Source of the DNA: Camelus dromedarius
Taxonomy: Eukaryota
Assembly (NCBI RefSeq): GCF_036321535.1
Contig: NC_087437.1
Coordinates: 88,538,001 to 88,602,000, forward strand
Reading direction: 5' to 3'
Length of the DNA: 64,000 nt
Shown here piece after piece: positions 1 to 12,562 of the stretch (position 1 is the stretch's first letter; each line of letters opens with the position of its first letter). The notes beneath the pieces were generated by a model. The model was not told the origin of the DNA. It saw nothing but the letters and a program-made list of their open reading frames with translations, and made no database searches. Both the position numbers and the translations under genes were made by a program.

Positions 1-1479
1 GTCTCATCATAAGTGCAGTGAAATATCAAAGAATATTTTTATACTACATCTGCCACTACTCATTTCTTTTGAATAAACATAATTGCATTTTAGCACTATC
101 AAAACTACAAATTCAGCCAACATTTTAAGACCTTATCAACTTTTCTGTTTAATTTCCACCCACCAAAGAGGAGATGCTATATTATTCAACTCTTCTATGA
201 CTGAGATAATTTTTTATAATCATTTTAATTGGAGAAACTACATGTAGGTTGGCTAAAAGCCTAATGACGATAGCAGTAAAATATTCTACAAAGTATCTAT
301 TTTGGAGTTGAAGAAATAAAGCACAGTTATCCAAAGCCATGAGTTAAATTAAAAAAAAAGAAGGATGAAGAGGAAATTAAAGGCAGATAGCCAGACTGGG
401 AGCGAAACAGTAATTTTAGATGAGTGGATCTTTTCTAGTTCCTTTATATACAATCTTTATACAGAGGGATGCAGGCTTTATGGATGTTCCTTCTCAAAGG
501 CTTTATAACAACAAAAAGAAGTTCTTAAAGTATATTCCCTCTGGATACCAAGACTTTCTTCTTTTTCCTTCATAAATGAGCTTCTATGAAACTGCTGATT
601 AATAAAACAGAGATACAATTTTATTAGTCTCTTGACTGTTCCTGTTTATTTCTCATCTTGGTGAAAGGCGGATATGATTCATTTCCTGATCAGCTTCTTT
701 TGCATCTATTAACGTTCAACATCATACGTTGCCTTGGCTCTTGGGTTGTGAGATCCTGAGGTTCTTTTCACTTCCTCTGCTTTTCCTTTTAGGCAAGGTT
801 TCTGTGTAGCTGTAGCTTGCCACTCATCTTTATATGTTCTTTGCCAAGTAGAAATCATATAGCTTGCATCCACCCTTCTCATTTTCTCTAGATTGCCCCC
901 CTTTTATTGTCCTTTTCATTGATTTTACAGCCTCTTTTATCGTTTTCCTTATAGCTTTTATTTTTGTTTTCATACATGCAAGAATATCACCGGGCCCACT
1001 TTTCACTGATTTTGTGACAGTCCATTCAATAGTTCAACAAATCCTCTGATGACTACTTGAATATGGGTTTTATAATTCAACAAATCTCATATCTTTTGAA
1101 TGAGGTTTTTCTGTCATTTTCTTTTATGTCTGATGAATTTGGCTTCAATTCCTTTTATTGCTTTTTAATATTTTAAAGAAATAGCTGTCTTTTTGCCAGT
1201 GTTAGAGTCTGTGTGTATTCAGTAATCTTGCCTGAATATTTGTCCTTTTCTGCTATATTCTTATTAAATTGTAAAACACAAAAATTATGTATTAATGTAA
1301 AAATCATGGTCTTCCTTCCTCTAGTGGAAGATATATTAGATATGTTTGTCTCATAACATCATAAAAAAATGTCTAAAACTACACAGTCTATCAATGAAAA
1401 TCAGATAGCTCATATGAAGATGGTAGATAATCCAAAATCAATTTTTAGATGAGAAAAATTTAGAAATTTATAAAAACTA

Positions 1480-2150
1480 CATATTTACCCATATACCATT
1501 AACTTCAAAATTATCAAAGAAACTAAAAGCCCTTCCATTCACCCCTCCCAGTTCCACCTTCCAAAATTGAAATTGGTAAGAATTGTACATCCTTCTCCAG
1601 TTTCTCCTCTGCTTCTACAGATATACTGATATGCATATCAACACACATATCTGCTTTCACAAATATCTTTTTATATACACATGTGTGCATGTATATATAC
1701 ATTTCTTATTACATATCAGTGTGTAACCTACTTTTTCACTTAAAAGTAGTTTATTACGTATGATGCATTTCCTTTAAAAAGATGCATAACATTGATGATA
1801 CTTCTGATTATTTCAAATTTTTGCTAATGCAAACAATACTGCAATAAACCCAGATATATATGTACATATCTGTGTGTGTGTTTATATCTACCAATATACA
1901 TACATGTATATACATATATTTATATTCTATTATTTATGTAGGGTAGTATTACAAGAGGAATTGAGGGCCCATAAGTTATGTATTTTTATATTTCTTTTTT
2001 CCAGTATTTTTTGATTTTACAAATAAATATAAGTGTAATTTTGCCTTTCCTTTATTTTTATTTCCCACATCACATTCTCACTCTCTAGACTTTTAAAATA
2101 CATAAAGATTGTGCACCAACTATATCCCCATATTGATTTGTGTTAACTCC
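1480..2150 (-). mobile_element. Old L1M(C/E)-type 3' fragment
   Basis: Degenerate antisense L1 motifs (ttcaaatttttgctaatgcaaacaatactgcaataaac; gtagtattacaagaggaattg). Confidence 0.45.
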
Positions 2151-4074
2151 TCTCTCTTTTTATCAGAATTTTAATATCAGGCCATGTTTTATCGATTCTT
2201 GCAGCCATTGCCTTGGCATAGACCCTGCATATTAAAATCAAATCCTTGTTTCTTCTTAACTTCTATTACTGTTAATGTGATATTGTCAAGGAAAGCCATG
2301 CTCACCCTTAGTTTATCTATCAGTTTCTGTCTGCCCCTTTTTCACATTTATCCTTCATTTTTACTCACTTATATATTTGCTCAAGAATGATTCTCATTCA
2401 GCTAAGAACTACAGGGAACAGGCTCTTTTCTTTAATTTTCTTCATCTGTCTGCATGGAGACCACAATCACCCCTGGCAGCCTGTGTCCATGTTTAATCAA
2501 CCATTTAGTGAATAAGGCATTTGGAAAATGAAGGTTATAATTAAACGTTTCACTTTACCTGGAGTGACTTTGATTACACTGGGCCTTTGGCCAAATCACC
2601 TCCATGACCTTGGTTTTTGGCAGTAATAGGAAGGTAATATCTATGGAGCAGAAATAAAACTGTTGCTTTTCTTCAGCACCCTTGAAAATTCAGACCTATA
2701 AACCATTCAAATGGAGCTTAAATGTTCTGCTAAAGAAAAAAAAAAAAAGATGACTGTGTGTGAAACTTGATAAGATTCAGGTCAATACCTATTCTTTTTT
2801 TTTTTTTTTTTACTGCACTTATGTTATTTTCCACCAACTTTGGATTTTATGTATCACAAATAAACTAAAAACATTTCTTAGAGGTTCACCTGGATGGATT
2901 TTAGTTCTAATGCTTGGGTAATATGAATTTACTTTCTAAGTCTACATTATCACTCTCTGGGCTATCATGTTTTTCTCTTAATACATGCACCATTTTGCCC
3001 AAAGTTGGTAAGCAGAAGTACCCTCTACTTGGGCAAGAATACAAACTCTCTATTTTTTTTTATCATGTGGATGTTACCTTGCCACCTACACACCTGCAAT
3101 TTAACATATGTGACTCTCACTTTAATCAAGAGTACAGAATGTTTGAACTCCAGATTGTCATTGAAAGATTAGCTGTCTTATTTCATATTGGTGGGAGCCA
3201 TCGATTCAAGACTGAGTTAGAAGCCAAGTTTATTGCTGAGCTAGAAAAAACAAAATGCATGTCAAGCTGCCATCTCTTTGATTGTCTAAGCTTCATATTT
3301 GTTTAACTGCCAAGCTACACACTAAGATTATGCACTTGTATTACCCTAGAAATGACTTGAAAAAATGGTAATTTAAATGATGCAATGTAAAGAGGCAGTC
3401 ATGTAAGAAAATATTTCTGCATCGTCTACCAAAATACTCTTATTTCTATCTGACCCAAGGCATATTGCTTTACCTTGCTAAGATATAAATTTCCAGGTGG
3501 CAAAATGAAAGACTTAGATGACATACATTATCATTTTTACCTTTCTAGTGTGCACCTTCTATTGTTCTATAATGGTATGTATTATAGAAGCTCCATTTAA
3601 ACAACCAGGGAGAAATTTGTATATTCCAAAAAACTGAGATGCTTCCTTTAATCAGACAATAGACAGACAATCACTCATTGTGCTTTCTCTCCCCCATGAC
3701 TGCTACAAAACTCTCAATCAAATTTTATGTTCAGTTGCTATCGTTTCCTTGTCCCAATTTCCTGGCATAATATCTACCAACTCTTTAATTAGCTTAATTT
3801 TTATTTTTTCAAATAAATTTTGCCTACAGGAAATGTATTTTTCTCTCAGTCACCTCAGATCTTTTGGGACTTAGATGCATTGTAAATATGTGTAAACATA
3901 TTTTCACATTGACCATCAGCTGTATTGTTTGATTTTTAAAAATTTTTTCTTGCATTTTTTTGTACACATTTCTAAATAAAAATTTCTTTTGCTTGATTAA
4001 AAAATTCTGTATTTGTAATATAAAATTTTTGGATAATTTAAAACAGTATACAAAAGACAATTTAAATAATCCAT

Positions 4075-4500
4075 CATGTTTTTCTGTGAGTTGTTTTGGT
4101 TGTAAAAAACATAAACCTACTCAAACAAGCTAAAGCCAGAGGGGACACTGTGGACAGATACAGGGACTTTCATGAAATCCAGAACCAGAAAAGACAGAGG
4201 AAACTTACAAGGGAAGAGTGAGGAGCTACAAAGATCTCATTTCCCCTTTCTGTTTGTCAGCTTTACCTCCTTTCTCTGTAAATTTGCTCTTGCTGCTTCA
4301 GTATACATGTATATATATGTGTATGTAGTAGAAAATGACTAACTCAGTCTTAGTTTTATCATGAATTCTGGTTTCAAATTCTCATGAACAGAGGATTTAG
4401 TTGGCTTAGCTTGGGTCTGGTGCCTACCAGCAGGTACATTTAAAACCTAGATCTTCAAAAGCAGCTGTGGGTAATAGATAGTTTTCAAAGAAGAGGATAT
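4075..4500 (-). mobile_element. Old MaLR LTR (MLT1J/K-like)
   Basis: ttggttgtaaaaaacataaacctactcaaacaagctaaagc...ttggcttagcttgggtctggtgcc motifs. Confidence 0.45.
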
Positions 4501-4719
4501 GGGAGGTTAACTCTCCAAAAGATGACTACAATCCCCAATCTCCTGACTATATAAATCACTGTTTATGTATATTTTTGTATATTTCTTTTTTTCTAGGGTC
4601 ATTTTATGAGTGTAAATGATATGTAAGGTCCGGATCCTATAATTCCACTTAACTATAGCATAAACATTTTCTTTTCTTCTTATTAAAAACATTCCAAAAA
4701 CATGTTTTAGGCCACAAAG

Positions 4720-5275
4720 CTTTCTATTACTGCATAACAAATTACCACATACATGGTAGCTTAAAGCAACACAAACATATTAGCTGATAGCTCTGTAGTT
4801 CAGAAGCCCCAGGTTGACTCACCTGGAATCTCTGCTTAGGGTCTCACCAGGCTGAAAGCAAGAAGTTCCCAGGCTGGGCTCTTCTCTGGGAGAATTCTCT
4901 TCTGAGCTCATTTAGGTTGTTGATGGAATTGAGTTCCATGCAGCTATAGGACTGAGGTTCCCATTTCCCTGCTGACTGTCAGTCAGGGGACTTCTTTCAG
5001 TGACTTAAAGCCACCCCACTACATCTTACTTGGCCTGCTCTGTCCTCAAAGCCAGGAAGCTGCATTCCCATGTTCCTAAGATGTTTCCAACTTCTTCTTC
5101 TGCTGTAGTATAAAGTAGAAAACTCTGCTTTTAAAAGGGCTCATGTGATTAGATTAGGTTCGCCTGGATAATCCCCCTCATTTAAGGTCAACTGGGCCCT
5201 GTGTAACATAACATAATCTTGGGAGTGATACATCATCATATGCAGTTTCCAGAGATTAGGTATGAAATTTTGAGG
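4720..5275 (-). mobile_element. MaLR LTR (MLT1D/E-like)
   Basis: tttctattactgcataacaaattaccac...gcttaaagcaacacaaac...tgtgattagattagg...ggataatccccctcatttaaggtcaactg. Confidence 0.75.
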
Positions 5276-5559
5276 GTCTAACAAAAAAAGCATATAGGTA
5301 AGCTTGTTCAAAATAAAAGAAGTCAGTTGCTTCAAAACCATTCATTGACTACTCATTTGGTAGGGATTTGGGGGCCTGAGGGGTCAGCCTCTCATGGGAT
5401 TACGTGCCTGGTGTGATGGGAGGCTATAGGTGGTGGAGTCTGGCTGACACCCCTATCCTTTAATCAAATATGTGATTGTCTCCCCTCTCTCAGCCCCAGG
5501 CGCCCCTCCCTGGGGCAAGACCCTTGGGGCACGTCCTTGTCCCTTCTTCAGCTTTGCTT

Positions 5560-7850
5560 TAAAAAAAAAAAAGATTTGTAATTACATATTTACAAACTCT
5601 TAATTTATATAAATATTGACAGAATAGGTTCTATTTCCAAGCTATTTATTCCATCAGTCTTCTCATGCTTTTTGACTCACTTTATTTCTCTAATAAATGT
5701 ATCATAATGTAATACCTAGAAAGGAAAAATCACCTTAAATTGAATTTGCCAAATTCATTTTCCAAATTATCTTAGCTATATATGCTTATATCCCGTGCTA
5801 GATAATTTAATGTATTTTTTTCATCTTAAAAGATAATCTTGACATTTAACTGGAATTACAGTAAACTATCATTTTATTTGGACAAACTTGAAAGCCAATC
5901 TAGGAACATAGTCAAGGTTCATACTTATCTTTCAATGTAATTATAGAAAGTCATATAATTTTTGCATATTATATTTTCAAAGCTATATGCAAAGCCATAT
6001 TTATAAGTGAATTCTACACTTAAAAGAGAGTTCTGCTCCCCAAAGCTAAAACCTTATTATGTAAGTTCTGTTTGGGGTTCAAAAATAATTTTCCTCAAAA
6101 TTAAAAACAATAAGGGGATTATTTTAGAGAAGGGAATGTTTTTGAAAGTGATACTACATTTATCAAGGAGAAAATGCAAGAATTTTTGAAACAATGTGAA
6201 GAGTAGTTTTAACTATAAGCTTTTGTTTTAACTGTAAGGGCTTATTCTGTAATGAAACTATAAAAGTTAGAACAGTTAGATATGGTGTAGGTATAATCAA
6301 AGACAGCAATACAACATAAAACAAAGTCCAGACATAGATACAAAAATGTATCAGGATTTAATAAAATGCAAAGTAATCACTTAAACTGAGTAAAATCTAT
6401 GTTTTGAATAGTTTTCTGAAGACTATCAAGCCATTTGAAATATTTAATGAATGAAGCTGCCTGCATCCAAATAAATCATAAATCAACTCATATTTTTATT
6501 TGTTAAACACAAGTTTTCAAGTACTTACTTTTTGTCCAGGCTCTATCCTAGGCACTTAGGATACAGCAACAAAGATTTAGAGCTAAAACCATTAAAAGTA
6601 ACAGAATAAAAACATTGCTAGAACTTCTAATACTTTAGGAAGAAAAAAAAATCTGTGGCTGACATGAATTCAGAAGCCAAAAAGAAAAGGAAAAAACCAT
6701 ACATGTAACTGCTAGCAAAAAAAAAGAAAGAAAGAAAGAAAGAAAACAGGCATATCAGGAATGTCATTACAAGACATACTAAACAACAGAATAGTAAAAA
6801 TGCTTCCAGCATTATGAAAAATGAATAATTTCCTAAGTACAAGGGATATTTTAATAGAGTATGAAAAGACTAACCAAAAAAAAAAAAAAACCACAATAAC
6901 ACACTAAAGAAGGCCAGTTTCACTCATATTTGAATAATGCAAATTTTAAAAATGAGATGCTGCCTCTTGCTGGTTATATTGGCAAGTATTAAATAATCTG
7001 AATGTCTTAGTTTTCTGTTGCTGCTGGAGCAAAGTGCCACAAACTAAATGGCTTAAAACAACACACGTTTATTATGTTACTGTTCTGGAGGTTTGAAGTC
7101 TGAAATGAGTTTCATTGGGTCTTGGCAGAATTGTGTTCCTTTTGGAGACTCTAGGGAAGAATTTGTTTCCTTGTCTTTTTTAGCTCCCAGAGCCTGCCCA
7201 CATAACTTGACCCATGGCCCCCAGGCAGCATCTACATCAGGACAACCCCTTCTCCTCTCATCATTTCTCCTTCTCTCTGTTCCTTTCACTTATAAAAACA
7301 CTTGTGATTGCATGGGGCCCACCTAGATAATCCAAGATGATCTCCCATCTCATGATCCTTAACTGGATCACACCCACAAAGTCCCTTTTGCAATGTAAGA
7401 TAACATATTCACAGGTTCTGGTGGTTATAACCTGGACATCTTTGGGGAACCATTATTCCGTCTAGCACATTGATAGCACCCAAACATGACAAAGATGTAA
7501 GGAAACAGAACAAAAAATGATGCAGTTTCTAATAGATCTATTTCATTGCCCTCAAATTAACATCCCACCTACTCTTTGACCCAATAGTGAATCACACATC
7601 CTCCTAGTTGTGAATCATACATCTATACTCTAGAAGGTACTCAAAACATAAGTATAAGGGAGTTTAGTCTAACACTGTTGGTAATAGCAAAAACTTGTAA
7701 GAATTAAATATTCACTGATCAGGGATTGATTTAATAAATTATGAAACATCTATATAATGGTTTTATATATGTGTATAAAATATTAAGATATATCTTAATG
7801 TCCTAATATAGAATGCTTAAAATACAGAATTAGTCACAAAAGGTGAGTTT
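5560..7850. mobile_element. Highly decayed L1ME-type ORF2/3' fragments, interrupted by the MLT1 at 7003-7469
   Basis: A-rich L1-like motifs (aaactataaaagttagaa, aatgcaaattttaaaaatgagatgc, ttgacccaatag). Confidence 0.45.
7003..7469 (-). mobile_element. MaLR solo LTR (MLT1C-like)
   Basis: Both termini visible: tgtcttagttttctgttgctgctg...ggacatctttggggaaccattattccgtctagcaca. Confidence 0.85.
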
Positions 7851-7864
7851 AAGAATACTGTGAT

Positions 7865-8927
7865 CACAAAAGCAGCAAATGGGGCTACATCAAACTCAAA
7901 AGCTTCTGCACTGTAAAAGAAACAATTAACAAAATGAAAACATAGCCTACAGAATGGCAAAAATTTTTGTAAATCATATGTCAGATAAGGAGTTAATATC
8001 CAAAATAAATAAAGACCTTACACAACTTAATAACAAAAATGGACAGAAGAGCTAAATAGACATTTTTCTAAAGACTACATCCAAATGGCCAGCAGGCACG
8101 TGAGAAGATGCTCAACATCAGAAATGCAAATAAAAACCACAAGATATCACCTCACATGTTTTAGAGTGGCTATCATCAAGAAGACAAGGGATAATGGGTG
8201 CTGGCAAAGATTTGATAAAAAGAGAATCCTTGGGCATTGTTTATGGGAATGTAAATTGTTGTAACCACTATGTAAAACAATAAGAAGATTCCTCAAAAAA
8301 ATATAAAATATGATATGATCCAGCAATTCCGCTTCTAAAAATATACACAAAGGAAATGAAAACAGGAGTTAAATGACATATATGCACTTCCATGGTTGCA
8401 GCATTATTCACCATAGCCAAGATATGGAAACAACTCAACTGCCCATCAGCAGATGACTGGATAAAAAAAGAGTTGGTGTTTATATACGCACAGTGGAATA
8501 TTATCTATCCATTAAAAAGGAGGGTGCCCTGCCATTTGAGACAACATTGATGAACCATGAACACATGATGCTAAATGAGATATCAGAAACAGAAAGACAA
8601 ATACTTTATGATATCACTTATATGTGGAATCTAAAAAAAGTCAAACTTAAAAAATAAAAAGTAAAATGGTGATTACCAGAGATTGGGAGTGGAAGATAAG
8701 ATTGATGGTGTTTCAGGTGACAAATTTGTAACAAGTACTAAATAAGCCATAAAGATTTAATGTTTGTATATTGAGTATAGACAATAATACTGTTCTGTAA
8801 CTATGTAATGTGATAAATACCATTACAAGAACAACCATATTATAATATATAAATGTATCAAAGCAACACACTATATACCTGTGATTTACACAAGGTTACA
8901 TGTCAAATTTATTTAATAAGAAAAAAG
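7865..8927 (+). mobile_element. L1 3' end (end of ORF2 plus 3' UTR, L1MA-like)
   Basis: ctacatcaaactcaaaagcttctgcac, aaatggacagaagagctaaatagacattttt, tcacttatatgtggaatctaaaaaa, ending gtcaaatttatttaataagaaaaaa. Confidence 0.9.
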
Positions 8928-9576
8928 ATTTCCCCTCCAGATGATAAAGAAGGACAGGGTGCCTCAGGCTGGAAGGAACAGCCTGAACAAAACCCAGAGC
9001 CAAGAAACAGCTTGCTTTACAAGAACAAGCAGTTCTGAGTTGTCTGCAGTAGGGTGGGGTTGCAACTTGCACCCACCCTGCAGGCAGGGGCCCACCAGCC
9101 AGGGGAGGGTCTTAAGCAGAAGAGTGCCAAATGTTCCTTGTGAGGAGAAGCAGTTCTCTGGTGATACATGGAGGATGGCAGGGAAGGAAGAAGCCCTGAG
9201 AGGGGGCAACCAGTTGAGCTCATAAGGCTTCTTTAGTGTGTATATTTAGAAGTTAGACTCTTTCATATGTTAGACTCTTCCAGATCACAAGGAGAAATCA
9301 CACGATGTTGGGGCTTATTATCCAGCTACACGGGAGGAGAGACAGTACAGGAAAGCTCCTTCCGGGCTGTGAGACTCTTCAGGACAGTCTTGTCATCCAT
9401 CTTCTCTCTGAGCACCCAGCACACACACTTTCCTGAGAGAAGATCGCATGGCAAGCACTCACAACTACACAAAACAGAGCATCTTGTTTCTAATATGCAC
9501 AAAGACCACCTCTGGGGTGGATGCAGCCCCCAGGCCCAAGCAGAGAGTACCTTTATGTGAATTAGGAAAAGATACC

Positions 9577-9962
9577 TGTTGTGGGTTGAATGGTGTTCCC
9601 CCACAAAGGCACATTGACATCCTAACCCTGAATAACTGAATGTGACCTTATGTGAAAATAGGGCCACTGCAGATGTAATCAAGCTAAGGTGAGGTCATTA
9701 GGATTAGGGTGGCACTAGTCTAACAGGACTGGTGTCCTACAGGAAGAGGGAAATTTGGACACAGACACAGAGGGAGAATGTGACAACAGAGGCAGAGATG
9801 GGGAATTGGGACCAAGGACTGATGGCCACGGCCAGAAGCTAGAAGAGGGAAGGATTTCTCCCTGATGTTTTCACAGGGAGCATGGCCCTGTCCACATCTT
9901 GATTTTGGACTTCTGGCCTCTTGAACTGTGAGACAACACATTTTTGTTGTTTTAAGTCACAC
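9577..9962 (+). mobile_element. MaLR LTR (MLT1B/C-like)
   Basis: tgttgtgggttgaatggtgttcccc...gaatgtgaccttat...ttggacttctggcctcttgaactgtgagacaac. Confidence 0.85.
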
Positions 9963-10179
9963 ATAAAGAATCCCATGATCTCATTTGTGTGAAAAATTCC
10001 TGTTTATTTTATATACTTTTCTAAGGTGCTCTTTTTTTTTTTTTTGCTGTGAGCAGAAATTATTTCTATTACAAAAACAAATTATAACACAATGTTATGT
10101 CTCTCACATTTCTTCACATCTTGTAAGCAGAGGCATTGACAACTTTTTGTGCCAGAATGTTATTTCAAGGCTATTTGTA

Positions 10180-10600
10180 TAGTGAACAGCCTTAGAAGAC
10201 AGAAATAATGTCTGTCTCCAAGCAGAAGGCAAATTTGCTTACCATCAGTAGAATAAAGATAATGTCCCTCTTTGGTGCAAAGATTGAGCCAATTTGCTTG
10301 TAATCTCCTTATAAAAGATTGAGGTTTCCTAAACTCTGGATTCTCCGGTTGTGAGACAGACTCACTGCATGTTCTGCATCCATCTGTGCTCACCTGCATC
10401 TCTTCCCTGTGGACTTGGTGGAGGGCAGGGAGGAGGAGCATTGATGCAAACATAAAGTTCATCCTGTTGGCTGTGCCTTGAGTAAAAAAGTCTTTTGTCT
10501 GCAACCCCAGTGACTTGTGCCTTCCACCTGTGTCCATGAAGCTGCCACAGGCTACACTGTTAGCATTGTTAGTAAAATCCTTTCCTGGCTTATGACCATA
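10180..10600 (+). mobile_element. ERVL solo LTR (MER76-like)
   Basis: ttataaaagattgaggtttcctaaactc...gtaaaaaagtcttttgtct...ccatgaagctgccacaggctacactgttagc. Confidence 0.7.
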
Positions 10601-11619
10601 AATTACACAAAACTCAATTAAAATAAGATACACAAAATTGTAATCTAAGTTACACAAAAATTGACTTTATAAGTTAAACAAAATATAACATTTGCCATAC
10701 GAAGTTAAATAAAATATCCTGGATGATCAAATTGTCCACGAGAAGAGGAAAAAGAAGCATTTTGCATCCAAGTTATTGTTGATATTCCAAAAGAGGTTCA
10801 CCTAAAATTGTCTGACATACTGTAGCACATTTTTGTTTGAACGGTGACAGAAACCAACATCCTCATCTTTTAGCACTGCACTGGGGGGAAAAAAACCTAT
10901 GTTGTGGTAAAATACAATATATCACTACAGTATTTGAAGGGTAATAATATAAGCATCACAATTTCATATGTTTCTACAAAAAAAAAAAAAAAAAAAGAAA
11001 ATGCAGATTTTGGGGAGTTCCAGCAACAGATTCTTAAATACTAAGTCTTGGGAAACAGTCTGTAAAAACTGTTTACAGAAACATCAAATAAGAAGCCAGC
11101 CTCTCAGTATTAACATAATTTTCTTGAGTGGATTGCATCCTTTGTGTATTTAAAGTGCTTTCTGCTTTTATGAGCGGTAGTAACATCCAGGGGTTGAGAG
11201 GGTTAAAATGAAGGGGTCTCATTTACAATCTGCTTCATTCTGCATCCATTCCACAAATTCCAAAGAGCCTCCTTAGGACTTTAGCCGCTTTGCTGGTACC
11301 AATCTGAGGGAAAGGGCATGGTTTCTTACTCTCCACAGGACAGGAGGGACTTAAGCATGGCTGCTGTGAATCTGGGTTCAGACTCTCCTGAGATTATAAG
11401 GACTGAAGATTGTGAGTTTGCACTTTTGCCTGTGGAGGCAAACAGCTGTCTGCAGTCACTGACTGATCGAGCCCTTCTCTATCTCTTTTTCCTTAATTTC
11501 TTCTTTTTTTGAGTTAGATCATCCTCACCTTGGTCCAAAATCCTGCACTTGAAGGTCAAAGTCTTACAAAGTCTTAAATCACCTATGTGGTCCTACATGA
11601 ATTTGCCACCCAACTGTCT

Positions 11620-11870
11620 TCACTTCCATTTTCCCAAAAAGCAGAGCCTGAGAGACAAGTGCTTACAAGCAAGAAGTTTATTTTGGCAAGTGATTCCAGA
11701 GAAACAGAGTGAGGGAACTAGAGACAGCAGAGTGGGGAAGAGAAACCTGTCCAAGAGTAGGCTGTTGAGCTGGTTTTCTCTGTGAGCAACTGCAGCTCCA
11801 TCCTTCCAGGTGCTTCTGGGGTCATGGGTCGACTGTGCCTACAAGTGATGGGAGAAGCTTCATCCACCAG
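11620..11870 (-). mobile_element. ERVL LTR16-like fragment
   Basis: ttcccaaaaagcagagcctgagagacaag...agtttattttggcaagtgattccagagaaacagagtgaggg. Confidence 0.6.
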
Positions 11871-11889
11871 CAGTCACACACATAGAAGT

Positions 11890-12180
11890 AATGACTAGAT
11901 TCTTGGATTATTTCATAGTCTGATAAAAAGGAATAAATCATATGAACACATGGAAAAGTATTTACATTTCTTGAAGATTTACCACAAAATAATGCTATTG
12001 ATTAAAAAATAACGTTCAGTCTATAGCACAACAATATCAATAACAAACCGGTTACTTTGATCCACTCAAAGAATATTTAAGCTTTGTAACTCACAAGAGT
12101 GAAATCTTATAGCTCCTAAGTTAAAAAAAAATAGAGGTTTTCCTAATTTGGCAATAATCCTAAAAATTTACATGACCACC
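11890..12180 (+). mobile_element. hAT (Tip100/Zaphod-like) transposase fragment; a related piece probably lies at ~10660-10960
   Basis: tttcctaatttggcaataatcctaaaaatttacatgacc = FPNLAIILKIYMT, typical of the hAT dimerisation domain. Confidence 0.55.
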
Positions 12181-12199
12181 AAATGAGGGCTCAAGTCAT

Positions 12200-12562
12200 G
12201 TAACTCTCATTTCCTGTCATGAGAGATTCCACATGGTACCCACCACTGCACATCCCAGAAGCTGGAAAGAATTAACACTGGTGTGACCATTCTTGTCCAA
12301 TGAGGATGGAAGTGCTTTTGTTTCCTGAGCAAACTGGAGTTGTGAGATGGAAACATAAGGTAATTCAGAGCATCCTCTGGAACTTAGCATCAGGTGTCAA
12401 GTGTGGTGACCAACATAAGGCATCTGTGATCAGCCTTCCACCTCCTTTGCTCCACGCTGCTTGTCCCTCCCTCTAGCTCCCTGGCATCATCTCCAAATAA
12501 ACAACCTGCCTACAAGCCTTTTTATCAGGTTCTGCTTTTGAAAGAAGCCAAAGCATGTGACT
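12200..12562 (+). mobile_element. ERVL LTR16-like fragment
   Basis: ctccaaataaacaacctgcctacaagcc...tcaggttctgcttttgaaagaagccaaagc. Confidence 0.55.

Noticed and set aside
2914..3306. 130-aa + strand ORF
   Set aside because: Non-ATG start, no recognisable domain and no convincing splice context; probably a chance ORF.
10160..10657. 165-aa - strand ORF
   Set aside because: Lies antisense within a MER76-like LTR.
10821..10880. 60-nt AG/GT exon on - as part of the antisense gene
   Set aside because: Overlaps probable hAT transposon sequence, and its open phase does not match the preceding candidate exon.
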